A DNA stretch of 64,000 nucleotides from an uncultured Planctomycetaceae bacterium. GTDB lineage: Bacteria; Planctomycetota; Planctomycetia; Pirellulales; PALSA-1355. Under the pieces are notes generated by a model. That model had not been told where the DNA came from and did no database searches. It saw nothing but the letters and a program-made list of their open reading frames with translations. Numbering within the stretch: the stretch's first letter is position 1; each line of letters begins with the position of its first letter. Location: assembly GCA_963785305.1 (NCBI GenBank), contig CAWAUV010000009.1, forward strand, positions 448,001 to 512,000. The letters run 5' to 3'. Shown here one piece after another: positions 45,480 through 55,404 of this stretch. The position numbers and the translations under genes were made by a program.

Positions 45480-47398
45480 GTGCGCCGGCGCGAAGCCGGA
45501 GGAGAGTAGCGAATGAAAGAGTCGCACGAGGCAAGGCCTAGCCAGCCACCTCGGCCTCGAGTGATGCGTCGTGTCGGGCAACTGGCAGGGCGAAGCGTTC
45601 ACAGAGGCACGGCCGGGCGGTGTATCGAGCTCCGAAAACATTCTTTTGTGGCGGCCGACCTTGTCCTGACAAAGGGAAGGCAACAGTGATGTCGAACGAT
45701 CATGGCGAGTCCGACGTCTCCCCCACGGAGTCCGGGACCACCCGCACGGCCGGAAACTTTTCTCGCGGAAGCCGGGAGATCCCGGGAACATCCGCTTCGC
45801 TTGAAGCGGATCGGTCGGAGAAGGCGCGAGGCCACAAGTCCGACATGCACGTTCCCGGGGAGTCAGACAGTTCCATAGTACCAAAGAAGCAGGCGAACAA
45901 CGACAGCGTGCCGCTGTCGGCGGAGCCCGTGGAGGGAAGGGAGCTGACCGAGGAGAACGCCGAGCAGTCGCTACTGGACCGGACACACGCCGGGCTCCCA
46001 GGTCGCGCGGACTGCTGGGCGTGCGAGAAGCGGCACAACGCGACAAGAAGATGCGGTTCAACAATCTGCTGAACCATGTCACGCCCGAACTGCTGGTGGC
46101 GAGTTTCTTCGACCTGAAGAAGCAAGCCGCGCCCGGCGTCGATGGCCTGACATGGGCTCAATACGCCACCGATTTCGAAACGCGGATCGACGATCCGCAC
46201 AGTCGAATCCATCGGGGAGCCTATCGAGCCAGGCCGTCCAAGCGAACTTGGATTCCCAAGCTCGACGGCAAGCCGCGGCCCCTCGGGATCGCGGCGCTGG
46301 AGGACAAGATCGTCCAGCAAGCCGTACGGACGATCCTGGAGTGCATCTACGAAGAGGACTTTCTGGGTTTCAGTTACGGCTTTCGTCCTGGACGAAGCTG
46401 TCACCGAGCCTTGGACGCGCTCTACGTGGGCATCAAGAAGCGGAAAGTGAACTGGATTTTGGATGCGGACATCCGCGGCTTCTTCGACAACATCGACCAC
46501 GCATGGTTGATGAAGTTCCTGGAGCATCGGATCGCCGACCGACGACTGCTTCGGCTGCTGAAGAAATGGCTTCGAGCCGGAGTGTCGGAAGATGGCGAAT
46601 GGTCCCCGAGCACCGTGGGAACACCTCAAGGAGCGGTGATTTCGCCGCTCTATTCGAACGTGTTCTTGCACTATGTTCTGGACCTGTGGCTGGTGGCGTG
46701 GCGGAAACGCCATGCCGTGGGCGAGGTCATCATCGTGCGCTATGCGGATGATTTCGTAGTCGGATTCCGCGAGGAGTCCGACGCGCGACGCTGCCTGGCG
46801 GCGCTCCGGGAACGCTTCACCAAATTCGGTTTGGAACCGCACCCGGAGAAGACGCGGCTGATCGAGTTCGGACGCTATGCGGCCGAACGACGATCGAAGC
46901 GTGGCGATGGCCCACCGGAGACATTCGACTTCCTGGGCTTCACCCACATCAGTGGCGTGACCCGGAAGGGCGAATTCACCATTCGCCGCATCTCATCGGC
47001 CAAGAAGTTTCGTGGCAAACTGCGCGAACTGAAAGAAGACGCTGCGCGGGAAAATGCACATGGACTTGCGCAAGTCGGGCCATGGCTATCGAGCGTTTAC
47101 CGGGGATGGCTCAATTACCATGCGATTCCCGGCAACTCGGTGCGATTGCAACAATTCCGCACGGCGCTCCAGAAACTCTGGCTCCGCATGCTGCGGCGAC
47201 GCAGCCAACGCGGACGCCGGATGACCTGGCGGAAGTTCTCGCAGCTTTGCAAACGATGGCTTCCCACCCCGAAAATCCTGCATCCTTATCCCGAAGTGCG
47301 GTTTGATCGTTTGTATCCAAGGTAGGAGCCGTATGCGGTAGTTCCGCACGTACGGATCTGTGCGGGGGGTGGCCCGAAAGGGCCATCCCTACCGCGAT
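45480..47398 (+). mobile_element. Group II intron, copy 2 (1919 nt)
   Basis: GTGCG start; putative EBS1 loop CCTT-GTCCTGACA-AAGG at about 45659-45675; DV/DVI end CCCTACCGCGAT. Confidence 0.93.
46021..47325 (+). CDS. ltrA: Group II intron reverse transcriptase/maturase
   Basis: Same motifs as copy 1; differs by a compensating +1/-1 pair near 47039-47068 and a G/D change near the C-terminus. Confidence 0.95.
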   Translation: MREAAQRDKKMRFNNLLNHVTPELLVASFFDLKKQAAPGVDGLTWAQYATDFETRIDDPHSRIHRGAYRARPSKRTWIPKLDGKPRPLGIAALEDKIVQQAVRTILECIYEEDFLGFSYGFRPGRSCHRALDALYVGIKKRKVNWILDADIRGFFDNIDHAWLMKFLEHRIADRRLLRLLKKWLRAGVSEDGEWSPSTVGTPQGAVISPLYSNVFLHYVLDLWLVAWRKRHAVGEVIIVRYADDFVVGFREESDARRCLAALRERFTKFGLEPHPEKTRLIEFGRYAAERRSKRGDGPPETFDFLGFTHISGVTRKGEFTIRRISSAKKFRGKLRELKEDAARENAHGLAQVGPWLSSVYRGWLNYHAIPGNSVRLQQFRTALQKLWLRMLRRRSQRGRRMTWRKFSQLCKRWLPTPKILHPYPEVRFDRLYPR

Positions 47399-47797
47399 AC
47401 TCATTGATTTTGCTGGCGGTTGTTGGTTGGCTGGCGGACATGCCACGAGGCGACGAAGCTGGCGGCGTCTACCATGCCCTGAATCGAGCGAATGCCCGGG
47501 CCAAGATATTCCGCGACGACGCGGATTACGCAGCCTTCGAGCGAGTGCTCGGCGAAGGGCTCGCGCGACATGCCGGCGGGTTGTTCGCTTACCAGTTGAT
47601 ACCCAGCCACCGGCGCCGCTGGCGGAACGAGATCTCGCCGCATTGCGCGGCGAGGGTCTCCCTTCGGCGAGCCGACTTGGACCGAAGCGACGGCAAGGCG
47701 CCCGCGGCTGACCTCGACCCTAGGACCTCGTGGTCGTCCGCAAGTCCATTTTTCCGATACGGCTCCCGACCCTACACCAAACAATGAGTCCTGACCC
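47399..47797 (+). mobile_element. Internally deleted Y1/RAYT-like transposase element with inverted 16-nt ends (site B split by intron 2, site C intact)
   Basis: MPR...GGVYHALNRANAR..IFRDDADY.AF...FAYQLIPSH, a deletion, then PFGEPTW...STLGPRGRP; ends ACTCATTG (47399) and CAATGAGTCCTGACCC (47782-47797). Confidence 0.8.
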
Positions 47798-47802
47798 GTT
47801 AG

Positions 47803-48210
47803 AATTCTCTAGAGGCTTCGATAGGAAGGCGCAGAGACGATTACGTTTCGTCGATTGAGCAGAAGATCAAAGCCCAAAATGGAAAAATCGAATTCACGGA
47901 AGGGCAAAAGAAGCGAAAAGAAGGGATCATAGCGAAGGAAGAAAACAACATTAGTACCAGAGCATACAAGCCCAATGTACTTTTGAAACAGCCGCTCACT
48001 GTTGCGGAGCTGAGAAGGCGATTAGGAGGTCCAGATTCCATCATCAATGACAAGTTTACTCATCAGGTCTGGATTTATAATTTCAGCGACGGGCGAATTA
48101 TGGTACCGGTCAGTGGCGCTGACGACTCTTCGCCCGCCAATAATTCGGGTGATGTATCCAAAGACTCCACGAAAGTCTCTTTGAATCCCCATGATATTCA
48201 AATGCTTTGA
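47803..48210 (+). pseudogene. 5'-truncated AT-rich hypothetical gene starting right after site C
   Basis: Frame open from 47803 (NSLEASIGRRRDDYVSSIEQKIK...LGGPD...WIYNFSDG) with no ATG/GTG/TTG until 47983. Confidence 0.55.
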
Positions 48211-48228
48211 TGTAGCCATTGATTATGA

Positions 48229-49080
48229 TTACATTCTTGCTAGGAGATCGGCTTTTTTCTTTTCAAATTCCTCGGTCGTGAGAATCCCTTTTTCTCGGAG
48301 CGCCGATAGCTTTTCAATTTGAGCGGGAATGTCGTTGTGCTCGTTACGTGGTGTGTCGCTTGACTGCCGGAGAAACTTTTCAAAAATGCCGTGGTTCCTC
48401 ATTCGATCAATTAGCACTTGGCACCTTTTGGCTTGCCCCATAACAGTTATGCCCGATAGCATTTCGAGCCGAAGAAGAATGTCCTTTGCGTTGTCGTCCT
48501 GGTACTTAATGTGGATGTTGTTCTGCTGGTTCAATTGGCGAGAGTTTAGCCCGCCAAGAATTCCCTCGACCGTCCCCACTTTTCTTTCGACAATATCTAG
48601 CGCAAGAGTCTTGTTGAATGGAATAACCAATCCCTTGAACCAACCTTTCGACCCAAGTGTCGGTTTGAACTCAAACCGGTCGCTAAACATCTTCAAATCG
48701 ATCATTCCTGCCTTTTCCTTCGGGTAGTCGGGATGGCCGCCTCGGTAAACCACTGAATACGATTCGATTAAATCTGTGTCCGACGACCTACCACCAAACA
48801 ACGAACCGAACAATCCCCTTGCTTCCTCCGCGCGTTTTGCAAATGGGATGCTATCCATGAATTCCATAGCTGCCGGTTCGGGAACCGCTTCCGCAGAAAT
48901 TGGAACGGGAATAGGTGGCCCTGCGGTGGCCGGCGGTAGCGGTGGTGCGGTTGGTCGTGGTGCGGACGCGGTAAGAACGAACTGTCCCCGGCACTTCGGG
49001 CAGGCAGCTTTTTTTCCGAGATGCTCGATTAGAACATGGGCAATCTTTCCGCACACGGGACACTGAACCTCGACCTTCAT
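48229..49080 (-). CDS. Zn-ribbon, Pro-rich linker and C-terminal SHOCT domain protein
   Basis: CPVC...CPKC; QIEKLSALREKGILTTEEFEKKKADLL; AT-richer than the backbone. Confidence 0.8.
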   Translation of the reverse strand: MKVEVQCPVCGKIAHVLIEHLGKKAACPKCRGQFVLTASAPRPTAPPLPPATAGPPIPVPISAEAVPEPAAMEFMDSIPFAKRAEEARGLFGSLFGGRSSDTDLIESYSVVYRGGHPDYPKEKAGMIDLKMFSDRFEFKPTLGSKGWFKGLVIPFNKTLALDIVERKVGTVEGILGGLNSRQLNQQNNIHIKYQDDNAKDILLRLEMLSGITVMGQAKRCQVLIDRMRNHGIFEKFLRQSSDTPRNEHNDIPAQIEKLSALREKGILTTEEFEKKKADLLARM

Positions 49081-49100
49081 ACGTCTACTCCTCAGTAAGT

Positions 49101-50544
49101 GGCTCTTCCGTTTCCGAGTGTTTTGCTTGGGGATTCGGGATGGTTTTCTGGCGTTCGGGGGTTGGTCGGGTAGAATGGCGTGGAGGAGGCCGGGCGAGTC
49201 TCGATTTTACCTGAATGGAGTGGAGCCATGAATAGCGTCGCCGTCGAGATTGAAATGGATTTTCCGGACGGGGTGGCCGTCCGCGGCTACGAGCGTCATC
49301 AAGGCGCTCATGTGTTCGAGGTGGCCTTCGAGCTGCCCGAGCGCTGCGTGTGCCCAAAATGCCGGCACGAGGCGGCGGCGCAGCTTCGCGAGAAAGATGA
49401 AGTGCTCGCCATCCGCGACCTGGACCTGATGCGCGAGCCGACATTCTGGACCTATCGGCCGTTCTTGCATCAATGTCCCAAGTGCCGGCAGCGGACGCAG
49501 GTCGGGACGCCGTTCAAGCGTCCGCGCGTGACTTACACCTATCGTTTCGAGCAGTTCGTGTTCGAGCAACTGGTGGGCACGAGCGTCGAGGAGGTGGCGC
49601 GGCGCCTGGGCATCTCCGCCGAGACGGTCGAACGCATCCTGGAGTGGCGCCTGACGAGCGAGCGCGCCATTTCGCCCGAGCGCGTGATCACCAGCGTGGG
49701 TCTCGACGAATTGAGTCTCAAGAAACGACACAAGTTGTACGCCACGGTGCTCAGCGATCTATCCGATCCGAAGCATCCGCGAATTCTGGCGGTGGCCAAG
49801 GGTCGAGACCGCGAGGCGACCGAGGCCTGCCTGGCCAAGCTTTCGCCGGAGCAACGGGCCCAAGTCGTCTCGCATCGCACGGACATGAGCGCCGTGTATC
49901 CGGAAGTCTGCAAAAGCTGGCTGCCGAACAGCCAGTTGGTGGTCGATCGTTTTCATGTCGCGAAGAAGCTGGGCGAGATCGTGGACCGCGTGAGAAAAAA
50001 ACACGCCATTTTAAGCTAGCACTCTCGCGGGCCGAGCGCAAGAAATTCCGTAGCCGCATGTGGCTCTACCGCGTCCGCCGCGAGGACTTGACCCCGGAGC
50101 AACAAACCGAGTTGGACGACCTGCTGACCACGATTCCGGAACTGCAACAGGCTTATCATTTCCGGGAGGAAGTGGCGGAGATCTTCGATGGGTCGCGGGA
50201 CCGCGAGGAAGCATCGCGGCGACTGGAGGAGCTGCGCGAAATGGTGTCGGGCGAGCCGGAGTTGCTCCAATGGTTCGCGCTCTACGATCGCTGGCGCGAC
50301 GGCATCCTGGCGTACCTGGACCGCCGCGAGACGAGCGGCCCGGTGGAAGGCCTGAACAACAAGGCGCGGGTCATCACGCGGCGTAGTTATGGGATCAAGA
50401 ACACCGATAGTTTGTGGAAACGCTTGGTGCTGGACATCAACCACTTCCACGCCGCCACCCGCCGCCGCGTGCCCGACCTCCACGCCCTGGCCCGCGCCAT
50501 CCAAGCAAGATTCCGGGCTTATTACATTTAGAAACGGAAGAGCC
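49101..50544 (+). mobile_element. ISL3-family insertion sequence (1444 bp)
   Basis: Terminal IRs ggctcttccgtttc / gaaacggaagagcc; no flanking direct repeat visible. Confidence 0.9.
49228..50531 (+). CDS. ISL3 transposase split by a -1 shift at an A7 run (49995-50001)
   Basis: CPKC zinc finger, GLDE, TDMS, DRFHV, SGPVEGLNNKAR...YG. Confidence 0.88.
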
Positions 50545-50674
50545 GAAGATGAAACGTCATAACGGGGCGGCATGCCGGCCTCGTCGGATTCAGATCGTAT
50601 GTCAGCCATCAAAACGCGTCGAGAATCGGTCGACACAAGGCGACGTTTGGATTATCGCTTGCCGCGAATATAGC

Positions 50675-50730
50675 GAAAAAGCCCGCCGGAGGCCAAGTTC
50701 GTTGGCGCTTCCAGCGGGCTTCGATTTTTC
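50675..50730 (-). terminator. Probable terminator after pnp
   Basis: aagcccgccgga...tccagcgggctt stem with A/T runs on both sides. Confidence 0.55.
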
Positions 50731-50758
50731 TAAGAACAACGTAACGAGTCTGATCGAG

Positions 50759-52874
50759 TTACTTCCCGGCGCCGGCGGGCGCGTCGGCGTTGAGTTCGCG
50801 CAGGGCTTGCTTGCGGCTGAGCTTCACGCGGTCTTGCTCGTCGATCAGGATCACCTTCACCGGAATCTCGTCGCCCACGCTGCACACATCGGCCACGCTC
50901 TTCACATAGTCGTCGGCCAGTTCGCTGATGTGGCACAGGCCGTCTTTGCCGGGAATGATCTCGACAAACGCGCCAAACTCCTTGACACTCGTGACCCGGC
51001 CATGATAGATGCGGCCGACCTGCACGCTCGCCGTGAGCGCTTCCACTCGCTCCAGCGCGGCTTGGGCGCCGGCCGCGTCGCTCGAAGCGATGATCACCGT
51101 GCCGTCGTCTTCGACCTCGAGCGATGCGCCGGTCGACTCTTGAATCGCGCGAATCGTCTTGCCGCCCGGGCCGATCAGGGCGCCGATCTTATCGGGCGGA
51201 ATCTTGGTGCGGAGCAGCCGCGGCGCCCAGCTCGAAATCTCGCTCTTCGGACGCGGAATCGCGGTGAGCATCTTACGCAAGATTTCGATCCGCGCCTCGC
51301 GGGCCTGGGCCAGCGCGCCTTGAATGATCTCGGCGTCGATGCCCTTGATCTTTAGATCGAGTTGGATGCCGGTAATGCCGTTTTGAGTGCCGGCCACCTT
51401 GAAATCCATGTCGCCGAAGTGATCTTCATCGCCAATGATGTCGGTGAGTAGCAACCAGCCGCTTTGCTCCTTGACCAAACCGATCGAAATGCCCGCCACG
51501 GGATTCGAGATCGGCACTCCGGCGGCCATCAGGCCCAGGGTCGCCGCGCAGACCGAAGCCATCGAGCTCGAACCATTGGATTCGAGAATGTCGGAGATCA
51601 CCCGCACCGTGTAGGGGAAATTATCGGGATCGGGCAGCACCGGCTTCACGCTCCGCTCGGCCAGCGCGCCGTGGCCGATCTCGCGACGGCCGGGCCCGCG
51701 AATCGGACGCACCTCGCCCACCGAAAACGAGGGGAAGTTGTAATCGAGCATGAACTTTTTCGAGTACTCGTCGATCAGACCGTCGACGCGTTGCTCGTCG
51801 CGACCCGTGCCGAGCGTGATCGTGACAAGCGATTGGGTCTCGCCACGCTGAAACAGCGCCGAGCCATGCACCCGGGGCAAAAGATCGATCTGGCAGGCGA
51901 TGGCGCGGAGCGTTTTGTTGTCGCGTCCGTCGGCCCGCGTGCCGGCCAAAATCAGCTCTCGCACCACGCGCTCTTCAAGCTGGCTCCAAGCGGCCGAAAA
52001 CGCCGTCGGGCAAATCGCGCCGTCGGCGCTTGGGTCGGGAATCAATTCCGCTTGGACCCGCTTCTTCAGAGCCGAGACCGCTTCGCTACGCGGCATGCTT
52101 GCCGCTGGTGGTCTTGGCGGTCTTGAAGTCTTGGTAGTAGCGCTCGCTCAGAGTCGCATACACGGCATTGGGCGCCGGTGGGTCGTAGTGCGTCTTTTGC
52201 ACATTGACCTTCGCGACCAATTCGAGCTGCAACTCGCAGATTTCCTTCACGATGCGATGGGCTTCGAGCACCGCCGCCAGCATTTCATCCTCGGGCAGTT
52301 CGCGAGCAAAGCCCTCGATCATCAGCACCGCGTCGCGGCTGCCGGACACGATCAGGTCGAGGTCGCTCTCCTCGAGCTGGTCTTGGGTGGGGAAGGGCAC
52401 GAACTGGCCGTCGATCCGACCGAGCCGCACCGACCCGATCGGACCTTGAAACGGCAGCGGCGAGATCGCGAGCGCGGCGCTGGCGCCGTTCATGGCGAGC
52501 ACATCGGCGTCGTTCTGCTTGTCGCTGGCCAGCACAAAGGCCTGAATCTGCACTTCGTCGTGAAACCATTCGGGAAACAGCGGGCGGATCGGGCGATCCA
52601 TCAGCCGGGCCGTGAGTGTTTCCTTGGTCGTGGGGCGGCCTTCGCGCTTGATGAAGCCGCCGGGAAACTTGCCGGCCGCGGCGGTGCGCTCGCGATAGTC
52701 GCAAGTGAGCGGGAAGAAGTCGATATTCGGCCGCGGGGGGGCCGTGGCCATCGCCACCAGCGCCACGGTTTCGCCATACTGCACCAGGCAGCTTCCGGCG
52801 GCCTGCTTGGCCAAAAAACCGGTTTCGATCGAGAGCGTGCTCGATCCGATCTGTTTTTCTACGCGTGTTTTCAA
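50759..52874 (-). CDS. pnp: Polyribonucleotide nucleotidyltransferase; frameshift near 52090
   Basis: DFFPLTCDYRE, RREIGHG, ESNGSSSMAS, GDMDFKVAG, KH (IGPGGK) and S1 domains. Confidence 0.96.
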
Positions 52875-53460
52875 GTTTTCAATTCCTGCTTGCGTTTCCT
52901 AAGAATTCTTAAGCGTCTTGTTTTGCTTGGCTTTGCCGTCGAGCGAACTGGGCCCGAATTTCACGTGAGTATACCGCCGAGCTTGCGATCGCGCTTGGGA
53001 ACAACCGCCGCGAGCCAACGGAACGTCGCGAATTGGCCGGGCCGATTGCGTCGCGCCGCGTGAACTTCACGGGGAGACTTCTCGATACATGGCCCCCTAC
53101 CGCGATGTTGCCCACCGCCGATGAACACGCGCCGCGCGAGCCTCGAATTCCGAGCGATCGCGACCGATGATCGGCAAGCCGAACAACCGGCGCCTCGTCG
53201 GCAAGTCAAACGACCGGCGTCTCGAGTAGGGAACAATCGCCGCACGGGCAGAGTCGCGCGACACGAGAGCCACGAAGCGCGAGTTAACGCGGAGACGATC
53301 AGCGATACGAACAAACGAGGCGAGAGCGAAGCCCGGTTACCCCAAGACCCGTACACCTCAAGACCTGCATGCCCCAAGAAACGCCAGCGACCCCGACCTG
53401 TCGAGATTCAACCGCGATTCAGGGGAAACCAGGCTCACCGCCCCACGGCAATTTCCGCGG

Positions 53461-53730
53461 TTACTTGCGGATATCCAGACGTTTGATGATGTCTAGATAA
53501 CGCTCGGGCGAGACATGCTTGAGGTAATCCAACAACCGCCGCCGACGGCTAACCATCGACAATAGTCCACGCCGGCTGGAGTAGTCCTTCTTGTGCGTTC
53601 GGAGATGTTCGGTCAGATCGCTCACCCGGGCCGTCAGAATAGCGATTTGAATCTCGGGCGAACCGGAATCCGCGTCGCCGCGTCGGAAGTCGCCAATCAG
53701 CCCCTGTTTGCGTTCTTTGGTAATCGACAT
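53461..53730 (-). CDS. rpsO: 30S ribosomal protein S15
   Basis: DSGSPEIQIAILT...HKKDYSSRRGLL. Confidence 0.96.
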   Translation of the reverse strand: MSITKERKQGLIGDFRRGDADSGSPEIQIAILTARVSDLTEHLRTHKKDYSSRRGLLSMVSRRRRLLDYLKHVSPERYLDIIKRLDIRK

Positions 53731-54136
53731 CGCGAAGCACTCTCGTAGCCTGCCTGTTCCCAATCGCCCATTGCCCGGCGAGCCCGAGCGGCGCCGAGGG
53801 CTCAACCGCCCCCAGCTCCTTTGGCGCGGGGGCAATCTCGTCGACAGGCGCTCGAGCGCAAGCGCTCGAGGCGTTCAATGTCGCGGCGACAGGGTAGTCG
53901 CAACGGCAGTGTCAGGGAAAAGCTAAGACCTTCCTAAAAATTCCATAAAGTGACCTAAAACGTAAGTCGGTCAGTCTACCAGCCCCCATTCGCATTGCAA
54001 CCGCAATTTTTCCGGTTTTTTTGGGACTGGCCCAAGCTCGCCTCAGGGGCGAAAAACAGCGCGAGGATCGCGAAATTCGGGTTCCGCGGCTCCTAAAACC
54101 GGCGCCAGGGGCAGAACCCCACATTTCCGCCGATCG

Positions 54137-54520
54137 ATGAAGTTCCCGCGGCTCCCGGGTCGATTCTCTTCATCGGACGGTCAACTATTGGACGAGCTCG
54201 CGCGCGGACCCGTTTCCGCGCCAAGGTCGGGGGCGCCGGCTACCGTGGAATTCAATCGCAATCATTACTTCATGTTTGGGCTGGTGCTGATGTTTATCGG
54301 CATCCAGTTTCGATTCGTCGAGGAGGTCGTGCTCAACGAACGCGTCAGCCAAGCGCTGGCCAAGAGCGATTCCGAGGCGCGACGCTTGCCCATTCTGGCC
54401 GCCATCGGCCCGGCGCCGCGGCACACCGTCAAGCCGCCCAGTTGGCTCGGATGGGCGCTGATGTCGTGTGGCTCGGTGCTGGTGCTGCATAGCTTGGCGA
54501 TGAGCAAGCCGGGCGGATAA
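54137..54520 (+). CDS. Small two-TM hypothetical protein (true start may be GTG near 54245)
   Basis: HYFMFGLVLMFIGIQF and WLGWALMSCGSVLVLHSL hydrophobic segments. Confidence 0.65.
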   Translation: MKFPRLPGRFSSSDGQLLDELARGPVSAPRSGAPATVEFNRNHYFMFGLVLMFIGIQFRFVEEVVLNERVSQALAKSDSEARRLPILAAIGPAPRHTVKPPSWLGWALMSCGSVLVLHSLAMSKPGG

Positions 54521-54633
54521 GTGCCCACGCCGGCCGGATCGGTTCGCCGGCTCCCCATCGCACGGATGCACGTTTCTCTTGTGCATCGACTTCGCGCCGT
54601 CGCCCGGCGCCAAAATCCTGGAATTCAACTCGC

Positions 54634-55230
54634 ATGCCACGCACTCCGCGCATTGCTTTGCCGTTGGTTTCGTCGCGAGGCGCCCTGGCGCTTGGCGGTC
54701 CCATGCGGTTCGGCAGGGCCCTCGTGCTTGGCAGCCTGCTCGCGCTTGGCGGCCTGCTCGCGCTTGGTGGGGGGGGCGAGTCCTCAATGATTCAAGCCGC
54801 CAGCCCCACCACGGTCGCCAATCCTCCCAGCCGGCCTGGCCTCGACGCCAACCCCGAGCAAGAGCGCGACGCTCCCCGCGCCGAACATGCCGCGGTCAAG
54901 CTCCGCGAAGGAACGATTCTCAATACCACTGGCTCGTTCAAAGTCTCGGGCGAGCGGGCGATCTTCACCGCCGACGACGGCGCGAAGTTCATCGGACTGG
55001 AAAACCTCTGCCTCGAACGCGTGGCGATCGCCGTCGCGGAGTGTCCCGATCCACTGCTATGGAGCGTGACCGGAACAGTCACCGAATATCGCGGCGCCAA
55101 CTATGTGCTGTTCTCGCGGGCCATGATCAAGGCGAAGCCCGGACCGGCGAAAACGCCGCGCGGCGCTGTTCGCCGCCGCCCCTTGCCGACCGATGGCCCG
55201 CCGGGCGACGTCACCGTCGCCAAGTCCTAG
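54634..55230 (+). CDS. Hypothetical exported protein
   Basis: Hydrophobic N-terminus; LREGT...LENLCLERV...WSVTGTVTEYRGANY. Confidence 0.65.
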   Translation: MPRTPRIALPLVSSRGALALGGPMRFGRALVLGSLLALGGLLALGGGGESSMIQAASPTTVANPPSRPGLDANPEQERDAPRAEHAAVKLREGTILNTTGSFKVSGERAIFTADDGAKFIGLENLCLERVAIAVAECPDPLLWSVTGTVTEYRGANYVLFSRAMIKAKPGPAKTPRGAVRRRPLPTDGPPGDVTVAKS

Positions 55231-55255
55231 AATTCGGTCACAGCTTAAAACTGGT

Positions 55256-55373
55256 GTGCCGTGCCCACGCTTGCGTGGGCATGCTCGATTGATCACCGCA
55301 ATCAGGGCCTATTCGAGAACTTCGATGAGCCCTCACCCTACCCTCTCCCAAAGGGAGAGGGGGGAGTTGCCGG
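55256..55373. repeat. ATGCCCACG-type palindrome (55256-55283) plus copy 4 of the ~70-bp repeat (55307-55373)
   Basis: gtgcccacgcttgcgtgggcat; gcctattcgagaacttcgatgagccctcaccctaccctctcccaaagggagagggggagttg. Confidence 0.7.
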
Positions 55374-55404
55374 GCCCTAAAGACACGTTCTCTAGCCACT
55401 CAGT

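Noticed and set aside
41998..47325. RT genes as a retron, DGR or defence-associated RT system
   Set aside because: Both ORFs lie inside complete group II intron boundaries (GTGCG start, DV/DVI end). No adenine-specific TR/VR pair or msr-msd arrangement was seen.
41925..47398. The two introns as one inverted-duplication artefact
   Set aside because: Their flanks diverge beyond the short shared target motif, and the copies differ at the EBS1 loop and within the ORF. Read-level confirmation is still advisable.
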